In this document: positions 7,785 to 17,605 of the stretch, one piece after another
Position numbering within the stretch: the first letter of the stretch is position 1
Layout: each line of letters begins with the position of its first letter
Origin: Actinomycetota bacterium
Lineage (GTDB): Bacteria > Actinomycetota > Thermoleophilia > Gaiellales > Gaiellaceae
DNA: 64,000 nucleotides
Assembly (NCBI GenBank): GCA_003139545.1
Contig: PLJC01000008.1
Location: forward strand, 22,874 to 86,873
Direction of reading: 5' to 3'
Made by a program: the position numbers and the translations under genes
The notes under the pieces: model-generated
What the model was told of the DNA's origin: nothing
What the model saw: only the letters and a program-made list of their open reading frames with translations
The model's database searches: none

Positions 7785-10700
7785 TCAGGCAGCTGCAGCT
7801 TCGCGCAAGGTTGGTGCCGCATCAGGCAGATCCTGTGCGACGAGCCGATCACCGAGCGCCTTTCGGCCGACATCGATCAGGTGCTCGTGATGCGTCAGCA
7901 CGATAACCTGCGTCAGCTTCGCGAGCTCGCCGAGTGCTTCGAAGATGCGCTCCGACCGGGGCGGATCAGACTCGACGAACACATCATCGAAGATAACAGG
8001 GACATGTCCGGAGCTTTCGACGTAGCGCTCGATTGCGGCGATCCGTAGCGCGAGGAACAGCTGCTCACGCGTCCCCTTGCTCATCTGCGGGACGCGCTTC
8101 AAGACACGGTCACGCTGGCGGCCGATCAGCTCGCCGACGCCGCGTTCGGTCACGTCAACGAACAACTCGACGAAGCTGCCGAGCGTGAAGCGCGTGAACA
8201 GTTCGTTCGCGCGGCGCAGCAGTGGATCCTGGTGCTGCGCGCGGTAGCGGTCGATCGCCCGGCGCACAGTCGTGGCAGCGAGGTTCGCCCTCGCATGCGC
8301 AACCGCAGTTTCTTGCACAGCTGCTCGCGCAAGCGCGACGCCCTGTGCCGCCTCAACCGCAGAAACGTCGGTCTCGGCGTCCGCGAGCGCACGCCGGCGC
8401 TCACCGATCTGCTCCTTGATCTCGTCGCGCTCCGCACGCAGCTGCTCCGCCGTCGCGCCAAGGTCACGAAGGTCGAGGGCTGCGCGGTCGCGGTCGAATC
8501 CTTCCGCTGACGCAGCGAGCTCCGCGAATGGTCCCTCCCCTACTTCGGCGACGCGCTGTTCGGCTGCCTTGATCTCTTGGCGCAGAAGACGCACGCGCTC
8601 CGCACGCGCCTCGATCGTCGGAAGTTCGCGCGCGATGACGACGCCCGCGAACTCGACGAGCTCGGCGATCTCAGCTTCGGCGGTTGCGAGCTCGCCTGCG
8701 ATGACGGCGACCTCATCTGCTTTCGTCGCGCGCTGTTCCAGAAGGCCGTCGCGCCGAGCATTCGCACTGTCCTGCTCGGCCAGACGGCCGCCGAGCGCTG
8801 TGGCCGCGCGCAGCGTCGCCAGCGCCTGCAAGTCAGGAGCAAGCTCCTCACAAAGCGCCGTCACGGTTACATCGAAGGCGTCCGTGTCTGCGTCGATTCC
8901 CGCAATCCGCCGCTCGAGGTCAGCGACCGTGGCGAGCTGGTTGAGTCCCTCGTCGATCGCGCGTGCGATTTCGTGCGCTGTCTCGGGTGACGTCGTCCCC
9001 GGCAGCCCCGCCTCAGCCCGGCGCTTGGGCCACTCCTTCTCCCACGTGGCGAACGCGGCGCCCGCGGTGTCGAGTTCACGCTTCGCGCGAGTGACGGCAC
9101 GCTCGGCGCCGGCGAACGTGGTTTCAAGCGACGCTCGTGTTGTCGCTGCGGTTCGCGCGTCGTTGACGGCGGCCTGTGCACGCGCAATCAGCGCATCTAG
9201 TGGCGTCCCCGACACGACCTCAAGACCGAGGGCGCGCAATTCGGTGATGAGAAGCCCGACGACTCCGTGTTCGCGCTCTCGCAGCCGATCGGCGCGCTCC
9301 TCGGCTGCGTCCGCGTCGCGTGCGAGCTCGATGATCTCTTCGCGGTTGTCAAGCCACGAGTGAGCATCATCCGGCTGTATCGCATCCAGCTGCGTCACCG
9401 ACCACGTAGCAGCCCAGGCTGCGGCAGCAGCTGCTTCCCGACCACGGTGATCGTCTTGCCATCGCTCATGATCTGCGCGCTCGCGGGCGAGCTTCGTTGC
9501 GCTAGCGTGAAGCGCTGCGGTGCGCTCGATCTGCGCGGCGTGATCGGTGCGCCGATCAGCCAGATGATCGGCTTCGAGCACGATGCGCTCGAACGCGTCG
9601 CAGTCATCGTCGGCAAGCTCGCCCTCGGCACCCGAAGCACGGATGCGCGACCAGTGCTCATCCCGGTGAGAACGGGTACCCGCAAGGACTTCGGCGCTCG
9701 GGGCCTCGCCTTCGATCTGAAGGCGCAGGCGCTCCTCCTCGATCTCCGCCTCCCCGACCGCCAGGCGCTGCGACTCAGCTACGAGTGATTCCCTCTCGCG
9801 CTGCAATTCCTGCACCTGCAATGACGCACGAGTTGCATCTTCGCGCGATGGCGCTGTCATCGAGCGAAGTGCCGCGACAGATAGTGGCGGCGGAGCAAGC
9901 TCCCCAAGCTTCTCATCCGCTTCGCGGCGGCGGCGCCTTGCATCGAGATCGAGCTCATCGCGCTGCTCCGCGAGCGCGCTCGACTTCAGTGCGACGGCAA
10001 GCGCTGCCTCAAGCGGCGCAATGTCTGAGGCGCTCGGCGCTGCCGCAAGCGCCGTCTGCGCATCCTCGAGGTCTCGTACGGCCTGATCGTGCGTCGTCGT
10101 CGCGCTCCGCAGGGCCGCACGAAGCTCGTCCCGCGCGCGTAGACAGACATCGAGCGCATTCCGCTCGGCGATCGACCTACGGAGCGACTCGAGCTCGGAC
10201 AGGCCAACTCCGACAGTCGCCGCCGCATGCGACACAGCCGCTTGGGCCGCCTGCAACTCGCCTTCGCGCTTCCGACGGTCACCCGCAGCCTTGTTGATCG
10301 CGGCGCCGATGTCTGCGACAGCCCTGATTTCCTCGCCGCGTCCGAGGAGAGCGGAGTTGACAATGATCGAGTTGATCTCACCGTCGAGAGCGGCAAGTGC
10401 CTTCGTCGCGCGCGCGAGCGACTGTGTAGCGTTGCGGATGCGCCCTTGCACGTCGATCCGTCGCGCGGCAGCATCCTCGGGCAGGTCAGGCGTTCCCTCG
10501 AGCTTGGCGTATTCCTCAACGAGCTGAGCGCGCGCGGCAACCAGCGGTGCGATCGCCCGCTTGCGTTCGAGCTCGCGCATCTCAAGATCAAGCCCGCGCA
10601 GCCGCAACGTCGCCTCTTCGCAGGCACGCTCGGCCTCGCTAAGGGCTTTCGTCATCTCGTGGTAGCGCGCCGGCCGCAGCATCGAGTCGCGCAACCGCCG

Positions 10701-11282
10701 CTCTGCCTCGTGCAGATAGGCGAGCTGCTTGCGGAGGACGCTCGATCGCCCGCGCGGGTTGAAGAGCCGATCAGCGTCGGCCTGAAGCGCAGCGAGCGTC
10801 CGGTGAAGCGACGCGATCCCGGCAGCGGCCGCGAAGAGACTCGCGCCCACCTCGCCCTGGCCTTCCAGCAGCTCCCGGCCCCCGGCGACCAGCGTCTCGT
10901 TGTCGACCTGGAGCAGCCCGACGTACACGTCGGCCGACAGACCGCCGAGCGCCTTCGTAAGGACGTTCTCGGGAACGGGCTCACCGTTCGGGCCAAGCAG
11001 GGAATCGACGCGGCGCTTGCGCCTGCTGACCTCGATCGTTCGACCGTCGACGTTCAGCCGAGCGCCGATCCTAAGATCTGCGTAGTCGTACGTGTGGTTG
11101 TCCACGGGACGATCGCCCATGCCGTAAAGAAGACTGCGTTCACCGCGGCTTGTGGTCGACTTCCCGGAGGCATTGCGCCCGTGGATGAGATCGACGTCAC
11201 CGACACGGGGACTGAAGCGCAGCGAGTGATCCTCGAAACAGCCCCATGGGTTGAAGTCGAGGCGTTCGAACCGGAGCGCCAT
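7785..11282 (-). CDS. YhaN-like (AAA_27) Rad50/SbcC-type coiled-coil ATPase
   Basis: Walker A GRNASGKST, long coiled coil, signature MSKGTREQL, Walker B VIFDD, H-loop LTHH. Confidence 0.9.
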   Translation of the reverse strand: MALRFERLDFNPWGCFEDHSLRFSPRVGDVDLIHGRNASGKSTTSRGERSLLYGMGDRPVDNHTYDYADLRIGARLNVDGRTIEVSRRKRRVDSLLGPNGEPVPENVLTKALGGLSADVYVGLLQVDNETLVAGGRELLEGQGEVGASLFAAAAGIASLHRTLAALQADADRLFNPRGRSSVLRKQLAYLHEAERRLRDSMLRPARYHEMTKALSEAERACEEATLRLRGLDLEMRELERKRAIAPLVAARAQLVEEYAKLEGTPDLPEDAAARRIDVQGRIRNATQSLARATKALAALDGEINSIIVNSALLGRGEEIRAVADIGAAINKAAGDRRKREGELQAAQAAVSHAAATVGVGLSELESLRRSIAERNALDVCLRARDELRAALRSATTTHDQAVRDLEDAQTALAAAPSASDIAPLEAALAVALKSSALAEQRDELDLDARRRRREADEKLGELAPPPLSVAALRSMTAPSREDATRASLQVQELQRERESLVAESQRLAVGEAEIEEERLRLQIEGEAPSAEVLAGTRSHRDEHWSRIRASGAEGELADDDCDAFERIVLEADHLADRRTDHAAQIERTAALHASATKLARERADHERWQDDHRGREAAAAAAWAATWSVTQLDAIQPDDAHSWLDNREEIIELARDADAAEERADRLREREHGVVGLLITELRALGLEVVSGTPLDALIARAQAAVNDARTAATTRASLETTFAGAERAVTRAKRELDTAGAAFATWEKEWPKRRAEAGLPGTTSPETAHEIARAIDEGLNQLATVADLERRIAGIDADTDAFDVTVTALCEELAPDLQALATLRAATALGGRLAEQDSANARRDGLLEQRATKADEVAVIAGELATAEAEIAELVEFAGVVIARELPTIEARAERVRLLRQEIKAAEQRVAEVGEGPFAELAASAEGFDRDRAALDLRDLGATAEQLRAERDEIKEQIGERRRALADAETDVSAVEAAQGVALARAAVQETAVAHARANLAATTVRRAIDRYRAQHQDPLLRRANELFTRFTLGSFVELFVDVTERGVGELIGRQRDRVLKRVPQMSKGTREQLFLALRIAAIERYVESSGHVPVIFDDVFVESDPPRSERIFEALGELAKLTQVIVLTHHEHLIDVGRKALGDRLVAQDLPDAAPTLREAAAA

Positions 11283-12523
11283 CAGCGATCAGTCCGTTCT
11301 AGAAGCGCGACCGGTAGCGAGCGCGAGACGTCTCCCATCAACTCACGCACTGTCTGTGGGTCGGACGGGTTGAACTCGGCGAGGACGGCCTGCGGCAGTA
11401 CGCGCGTCAACGGTTCGAGGGTTGCGGCGAGCTCGGCAGCGGAGCCGTCTCCATCCATCAGCTCTGCGAGCTCTTGCACGAGCTCACCGATCGCGTCGTC
11501 TCCGGCGGCGAGGTCACGAGGCGCCTGGGTCTCGAGCTTCACCTGCTCGATCCAGACCTGGCTGCTCGCGACGTCTGCAGCGGCACCGATCACCTCGTAG
11601 CGGAGACGCTCTTCATCGCCAGCAAGCTCGTTGTGTGCATCGCTCACACCTCCGATCACGACCCTCGCCGCGATCAGGCGCTCGCCGGCATCACGAACGG
11701 CGCCACGAACTGCCGCCGCGACATGCTCGATCGCCCGATCGCGATCCAAGCACTCGCTCGCGTCGATGTTCAGGACTGCCCAACGCACCGCATCCAACGC
11801 GACGTGCTCGAGAGTCGCGCGACCGTCGTCTCCGATCTCGACGATCACCGCGCCCTTCGGCCCCGCTTCGCGGACACCGCGACCCTGGAGGTTGCCGGGG
11901 AACACGATCAGCGGATCGAGGCTCAAGACCTCTTGGCTGTGAACGTGCCCAAGCCCCCAAAACGCGTAGCCGCGATCGCTGAGTCCTCGAAGAGTGCACG
12001 GCGCGTAGCGCTCGTGACCTGGGCGACCATCCACGCTCGTGTGCAGCAAGCCAACGTTGACGAGGTCCGTAATGGGCGCCGGATAGCCGACGGAGAGATC
12101 GTCGAGTACCGCCGGCGTTGCGTAGCCCTGGCCGTGAACGGCAAGGCCGATCTCCTCGTACGTCGCAGTATCGGGCTTGCGGGTGCCGAGGACGCGCACG
12201 TTGTCAGGAAAGCGCAGCGACCGGGTCAGCTTCGACTCCGCGTCATGGTTTCCAGCGACCATCACAACCGGGATCTCCGCTTCACGCAACCGCGCCATCT
12301 CCGAGACGAAGTGGACACCCGTGCCGTAGTGCTGCCAGTCCCCGTCAAAGATGTCGCCCGCCAGGAGAACGGCGTCAACGGCGCGCTCGATAGCTGAGTC
12401 CACAAGGTTCGAGAGTGCGACGCGCGTTGCCAGTCGAAGCTCGTCAGCCGGAGCGCCGTCGTACGCGACGAGACCTCTCATCGGGCTGTCGACGTGCAGA
12501 TCGGCTGACTGAAGGAGTCTCAT
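11282..12523 (-). CDS. YhaO-like Mre11/SbcD metallophosphoesterase nuclease
   Basis: ADLHVD, AGDIFD, GNHD, GHVH motifs; 1-nt overlap with ATPase. Confidence 0.92.
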   Translation of the reverse strand: MRLLQSADLHVDSPMRGLVAYDGAPADELRLATRVALSNLVDSAIERAVDAVLLAGDIFDGDWQHYGTGVHFVSEMARLREAEIPVVMVAGNHDAESKLTRSLRFPDNVRVLGTRKPDTATYEEIGLAVHGQGYATPAVLDDLSVGYPAPITDLVNVGLLHTSVDGRPGHERYAPCTLRGLSDRGYAFWGLGHVHSQEVLSLDPLIVFPGNLQGRGVREAGPKGAVIVEIGDDGRATLEHVALDAVRWAVLNIDASECLDRDRAIEHVAAAVRGAVRDAGERLIAARVVIGGVSDAHNELAGDEERLRYEVIGAAADVASSQVWIEQVKLETQAPRDLAAGDDAIGELVQELAELMDGDGSAAELAATLEPLTRVLPQAVLAEFNPSDPQTVRELMGDVSRSLPVALLERTDR

Positions 12524-12765
12524 GGCGGGCGTCTAAGTAAATACGCCGGGTCGGACGGGCCACCGATGCACGCCACGAACGCCGGGGAGCGGCCCGAGGA
12601 ACGCAGTCTGTGCACGCCTTGCCCCACGGAAGCTGCAATTACGAGTTCGCGGTGTAAGTGCCGCAGTGAGTCCCACAACCCGCCGGCTATACGCGCGCGC
12701 CGGGTGAGGCAGGTCAACAGGTTCGATTCCGGTTCGCAAGAGCCACAGGGGGCGCCAGCGCGGTC

Positions 12766-13335
12766 CTAGGTCAGAAGCTCAAGTCCGCGCAGCAGCTCTA
12801 CAGATCGCGCGACTTGCTCCTCCGAGATGCGCCAACCAAGTTGATTGGCGAGTGCGGGGATCTCTGCGAGCTTCGTGGGCTGATCCTGCTGGCTAACGAT
12901 GAAATGAATCTTCGCCGCCATCGACAAGGTGTTTTGGTCGAAGTCCGGCACCGCCTTGTGGATCGCGTCGACCGTCACCTTGATCATGTCGGCCTGAGCT
13001 CCGTACGTCGCCCGAATCGCAGCTACCTCGCTAACTCCATCGCCCGTGAGCGCGTATGTGTACTTCCGAATGTCTGGGCCTGAGGCGTAGGAAGGAAACC
13101 TCTCCATCGTCTCAGTCACCTTTTCGCCGAGGGCAGTCTGCGCCAACGCATACTCGACGGGTCGACTGTACGGGCCGTAGTAATGCGCCCGATGCCCCAG
13201 ATCGTCGGCAAGGGCAACAGCGACGAAGTAAGCAATCTTCTGGATCGCTGTCCTGCCTTCAACCGTGCCGCCTGCAGCGTCGATCGCCAGCAGAACCGCA
13301 TCTCGCGGTGTCAGGCCTTCTTCAGTGCTTCCCAT
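12766..13335 (-). CDS. YwgA-like winged-helix protein
   Basis: GRTAIQKIAYF and HYYGPYS motifs; overlaps HD gene end. Confidence 0.7.
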   Translation of the reverse strand: MGSTEEGLTPRDAVLLAIDAAGGTVEGRTAIQKIAYFVAVALADDLGHRAHYYGPYSRPVEYALAQTALGEKVTETMERFPSYASGPDIRKYTYALTGDGVSEVAAIRATYGAQADMIKVTVDAIHKAVPDFDQNTLSMAAKIHFIVSQQDQPTKLAEIPALANQLGWRISEEQVARSVELLRGLELLT

Positions 13336-14732
13336 AGCAGCCCTTTCGCTCTCTCATGTGCTTCGTCTTGCGGATCGTCAGACAGAAACGGCGTGTAGAG
13401 ATGCGCGAAGCTGTGTTCCGCGCGACTCTCTTCGTCGAAGATCTCGCTCTCGCTCTCGAATGTGTCAGGTGGTCTGTCCCGGTACTCGAGCATGATGTCG
13501 CCGGAGTTGATCTTGGTTCCGGGGCCCCGATACGTCGGATTGGTCTGACTGTCGACGTAGAGCGCAACGAGATACGGCTCGCATCCCAGCGCCTCGGCTA
13601 TCTCAGCCTCAAGATCCGCAACCCGCGGCTCGAACTTGGTGCGATCAAGAATCTTGTCGTATTGCTGGGCACCGACCGTATGCCGTTCCCGGTGAAGTGG
13701 GATGCTTGCGGTACGTCGGAGAAGATCTCGGCAACGCAACCGATCAGCGAGTTTGAAGGAGATCCGGTCGGAGTTCTGGGAGAGGAGTCGTTCCGTTACT
13801 GACGCGTCTGTTTGAGGCAGGTACCACTCGATGAATTCCGGGGTCACCTTCGGCTTCCCGCCTTCTGCATCAACCGTGTAAGCCTCCGCCGGCACAGCGC
13901 CTTCTTCGATCCCGAATTTCAGCGCGCGCGTAACCATGATGTCGGTGGCGATTCGTGTCTTGTGTCCATAGACCTGGCGATGCATGTGATGACGCGCTAG
14001 CAACAGTGCCTCGACCGCCCAGACGCCATCCTCCTCGAATCCTAGAAACGACTCCGGCTGGTCTCGTCCGATAACCCTCGCGGTGTCGACAATCCGATCT
14101 AGGTCGTAGTGGCCATACTCGACACCTGCGTAACGACTGTCACGTAGGAGGTAGTCCAGCTTGTCTGCGTCCGTTGGACCGCTCACGATGTCCCCCAAGA
14201 AGGTTCGCGGCCCAACCTTCTCGATGAGGAGTGCTGCCTGATCACACGCCTCTTGACCGAGCGCCTCGACCAATCCCGAATCGTTGCGGATCAGGAATGC
14301 CGAGATCGCCTCGTGGCACCCCTTCACTCCGCTCCGATCATCGATGAGGCCCTCCGAAACGTGAGAGAAAGGTCCGTGGCCGATGTCATGGAGAAGCGCA
14401 GCGCCCCGTACCTGCCTGTACTCGGCCTCCGTCACTTCAAGAGTCTTCGCCAGGCGACCCGCGACGTGGCAGACGCCGATCGAGTGCTCAAAGCGGGTGT
14501 GAGTGGCTCCGGGATAGACAAGATCAGTCATCGCGAGCTGCCGGATCCCGCGCAGACGCTGGAAAACATCCGAGTTCACCGCAGCCCACTCAGCCGGCTC
14601 CAGAAAGATCATCCCGTGAATCGGGTCTCGAACGGTCTTGCTCGCCACAGGCTCTGGAGCTTCGCAGACCAGGTTGACGGAAGGAAGCGAAACTTCGATG
14701 AGAGTCTGCGTGGGCATAGGTGGACTGTTCAA
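13311..14732 (-). CDS. HD phosphohydrolase, SAMHD1/YwfO-like dNTP triphosphohydrolase
   Basis: RDPIHG, FQRLRGIRQL, HTRFEHS, LHDIGHGPFSH, DADKLDYLLRDS; start TTG 14732 or ATG 14717. Confidence 0.9.
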   Translation of the reverse strand: MNSPPMPTQTLIEVSLPSVNLVCEAPEPVASKTVRDPIHGMIFLEPAEWAAVNSDVFQRLRGIRQLAMTDLVYPGATHTRFEHSIGVCHVAGRLAKTLEVTEAEYRQVRGAALLHDIGHGPFSHVSEGLIDDRSGVKGCHEAISAFLIRNDSGLVEALGQEACDQAALLIEKVGPRTFLGDIVSGPTDADKLDYLLRDSRYAGVEYGHYDLDRIVDTARVIGRDQPESFLGFEEDGVWAVEALLLARHHMHRQVYGHKTRIATDIMVTRALKFGIEEGAVPAEAYTVDAEGGKPKVTPEFIEWYLPQTDASVTERLLSQNSDRISFKLADRLRCRDLLRRTASIPLHRERHTVGAQQYDKILDRTKFEPRVADLEAEIAEALGCEPYLVALYVDSQTNPTYRGPGTKINSGDIMLEYRDRPPDTFESESEIFDEESRAEHSFAHLYTPFLSDDPQDEAHERAKGLLWEALKKA

Positions 14733-14734
14733 GA

Positions 14735-14748
14735 CGAACGTATGTTCG
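14735..14748. promoter_or_regulatory. LexA (SOS) box, Gram-positive type
   Basis: CGAAC-GTAT-GTTCG directly before the HD gene start. Confidence 0.8.
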
Positions 14749-15090
14749 CATCGGTATCGGACGGCACACTCGTCCTACCGCCTGGTGAGCTTCATCACAG
14801 CTTGCGCCGTCCGGCCCAGCTCGACACCCGGTCGAGCAGGCGTCCCAGCTCGCGCAAAGGTTGGCGCGATCCTGTCCGGCCACCCCAAGGGCGGCCCGGG
14901 GGTCGCCGACATGCTCTCCCCCTGGCAACCCGAACACCGAGCCAACGCGACTGATTCAGCGCGGATCCGGAGAGCTATCGGCGGCTCAAACACCGCTCCG
15001 TACCGCCCTCTGGAGCCGGATCCGCGATTTCCCGAAACTCGTCGAGCCCTTGAAATCCCTGCAAACACAGGAATAGGCTCACGGACCCCT

Positions 15091-16578
15091 ATGGCACCGA
15101 TCAGCTATCTGGAAACGGGCGTCATCTACTGCGATGAAAACCTGCGACGGCTGTCGCAGTTTCCTTCCGAGAGCATCGACCTGATCTACCTCGACCCTCC
15201 GTTCTTCACGAACCGGACATACGAGGTGATCTGGGGCGATGAGGCCGAAGTGCGGTCGTTCGAGGATCGCTGGGAGGGCGGCATTCAGGTCTACATCGAC
15301 TGGATGCGTGAGCGGATGATCGAGCTTCAGCGCATTCTCAAGCCGACCGGCTCCCTATATCTCCACTGCGATCCCACGGCGAGTCATTACCTCAAGGTAA
15401 TGACCGATGAGGTGTTCGGAAGCCGGGATCGCTTCGTGAACGAGATCATCTGGAAGCGCAGCAGTGCACATAGCGATACCAAGCAGGGCGCAAAGCACTA
15501 CGGCCGGCTGAGCGACACGATCCTCTTCTACGCCAAGAGCCCGAAACGCGCGTGGAATCAGCTGTACACACCCTACGAGCAGGAGTACGTCGACCGGGAC
15601 TACAGGCGAATCGAAGCTGGGACCGGGCGTCGTTACCGGATCGACAACATCCAGGGACCCGGTGGCGCGTCAAAGGGCAACCCCCACTACGAGTTCCTGG
15701 GCGTGTCGCGATATTGGCGCTATAGCCGCGAAAGGATGGAGCAGCTCTACGAGGAGGGCCGGATCATTCAGACGCGACCCGGCGCCGTCCCTCAATACAA
15801 GCGGTATCTCGACGAGATGCCTGGCGTGCCGCTTCAGAACCTTTGGATGGATGTCCCTGTGATCAACAACCGGTCGCGTGAGAAACTCGGCTACCCCACG
15901 CAGAAGCCCGAGGCACTACTTGAGAGGATCATCGCAACGAGTAGCAACCCCGGAGACATCATTCTCGATCCCTTCTGCGGCTGCGGTACGACGATTGCGG
16001 TCGCTGAGCGGCTACAGCGAAACTGGCTCGGCATCGACATCAGCCCGACTGCCGTCGGGCTGATGAAACGGCGGATGGAGAAGCTCGGCGCGTTCAATGT
16101 CCGCCTCGTCGGCATGCCTGTGACCGAAGAGCAGCTCAAGGCGCTCAAGCCCTTCGAATTCCAGAACTGGGTGATCCAAACGCTGCATGGAACCCACGCG
16201 CCGAGGAAGAGCGGCGATATGGGGATCGACGGCTATTCGTTCATGGAGCACGCACCGATCCAGGTCAAGCAATCTGAGCGTGTGGGCCGCAACGTCGTCG
16301 ACAACTTCGAGACGGCCGTACGACGTTCGGGCAAGGACGCGGGAATGATCGTCGCATTCAGTTTCGGCAGAGGCGCGCGGGAGGAAGTAGCTCGCGCAAG
16401 AAGTGAGGGACTGCGGCTCGAGCTTGTCACCGTGAAGCGACTGCTCGATGATCCTTCTGATCTCGTCACACCCGACGCGGCCCAACTGTGGCGGGACATG
16501 CTGCCGCCGCCTCGCGACAAAGCCGCTCGACCTTCGGCCGAAGAGCTCATTTCGAGCGATCTCGCCGTCGCCGTCTAG
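15091..16578 (+). CDS. Beta-class amino DNA methyltransferase fused to C-terminal Mrr-like PD-(D/E)xK domain
   Basis: DPPF, YPTQKP, DPFCGCGTT; C-terminal GDMGIDG..IQVKQ. Confidence 0.88.
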   Translation: MAPISYLETGVIYCDENLRRLSQFPSESIDLIYLDPPFFTNRTYEVIWGDEAEVRSFEDRWEGGIQVYIDWMRERMIELQRILKPTGSLYLHCDPTASHYLKVMTDEVFGSRDRFVNEIIWKRSSAHSDTKQGAKHYGRLSDTILFYAKSPKRAWNQLYTPYEQEYVDRDYRRIEAGTGRRYRIDNIQGPGGASKGNPHYEFLGVSRYWRYSRERMEQLYEEGRIIQTRPGAVPQYKRYLDEMPGVPLQNLWMDVPVINNRSREKLGYPTQKPEALLERIIATSSNPGDIILDPFCGCGTTIAVAERLQRNWLGIDISPTAVGLMKRRMEKLGAFNVRLVGMPVTEEQLKALKPFEFQNWVIQTLHGTHAPRKSGDMGIDGYSFMEHAPIQVKQSERVGRNVVDNFETAVRRSGKDAGMIVAFSFGRGAREEVARARSEGLRLELVTVKRLLDDPSDLVTPDAAQLWRDMLPPPRDKAARPSAEELISSDLAVAV

Positions 16579-16711
16579 GCGGCCCGACCAAGCGCTCATA
16601 TGCGGCGCTCAACCTTGCAGCCGCAATTCAGCAGCGACAGCAGCGTCTTGGCGGTGTTCTCATTGGCGCCGCTGCAGTTGCGCTAGTCGCGAGTTTCGCT
16701 CGCGGCTAGAT

Positions 16712-17119
16712 TCAGCAGAAGCCGCAGTAGTCGATTTCAACTGTCTTGTAGTTCCCCTGGTCGAAGGTTGAGACCTGGAACCTCGGGCCGTTGGCGTTGA
16801 AGACCTTGATCATTGCGGGGAATACGCTGTTCCAGATGTCGACGGGACTCATGCCGACGATGGTCGTTGCCACGCCTTGCTGATCGGCGGCGACCTGTGC
16901 CTTGTAGGTCTGCTCGAGGTTGAGCGCGGCTGCGACCGCATTCTGCGCGGTCGTGAGCTGGTTGTTGGCGCCGTTGAGCGCCTGGGTCAGCTTGGCGACT
17001 TTCTGAGTGAGCGCCGCGTTCTGGCGCTCGAGCGATGCGATCCTGCCGGACGGGCCGGCGGCTGAGGCCGGCCACGCTCCAACCAGAGCGATAACGGCCA
17101 GTACGACAATCGCTTTCAT
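16712..17119 (-). CDS. Secreted coiled-coil hypothetical protein
   Basis: GGGAGG RBS, signal peptide [20 protein letters not shown], heptads. Confidence 0.7.
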   Translation of the reverse strand: MKAIVVLAVIALVGAWPASAAGPSGRIASLERQNAALTQKVAKLTQALNGANNQLTTAQNAVAAALNLEQTYKAQVAADQQGVATTIVGMSPVDIWNSVFPAMIKVFNANGPRFQVSTFDQGNYKTVEIDYCGFC

Positions 17120-17147
17120 TACGACCTCCCGGCAGTCGAAGAACTCC

Positions 17148-17163
17148 ACACACAACTGTGTGT
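17148..17163. promoter_or_regulatory. Palindromic operator between divergent genes
   Basis: ACACACA-AC-TGTGTGT. Confidence 0.55.
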
Positions 17164-17197
17164 AGCACTTGTCTGGGCCTCGTGCCAGCTTCGGGAG

Positions 17198-17431
17198 GTG
17201 GCACCGAGACCCGCCCCACACGTCCGGCTCGGACGGGTCATCCGCCGTCTGCGCGAGGAACGGGGCCTCTCTCAAGAGGAGCTCGCCTACGCGAGTGGCT
17301 TCCACCGCAACTACATCGGGTTCGTCGAACGGGGCGAGCGGAACCCGAGCTGGGACAACGTGATACAGATCGCTGCCACCCTCGGTGTCAGCATCACCGA
17401 GCTCGCCGCCGAGTACGAACGCACGCGGTAG
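17198..17431 (+). CDS. Xre-family HTH regulator (C-protein-like)
   Basis: [28 protein letters not shown]. Confidence 0.88.
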   Translation: MAPRPAPHVRLGRVIRRLREERGLSQEELAYASGFHRNYIGFVERGERNPSWDNVIQIAATLGVSITELAAEYERTR

Positions 17432-17605
17432 GCCTCCCCGCCCGGGCCGCCGAGGGGGTAAGGGGGGTCGAATTAGAAGTTGGCGACCTCTCGAACCCCG
17501 TGCCAACCCCCCGTGCGCGTCCGCGAAATAGGCCTCGTTTTTTCCAACGAGACAAGACAAGTGCTCCGCAGGATTCGCTCCATTTCTGGTCAATTGCCAA
17601 GGAGC

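Noticed and set aside
14638..15090. N-terminal extension of the MTase in the 646-aa ORF
   Set aside because: It overlaps the HD gene and LexA box; the family-like sequence starts at ATG 15091.
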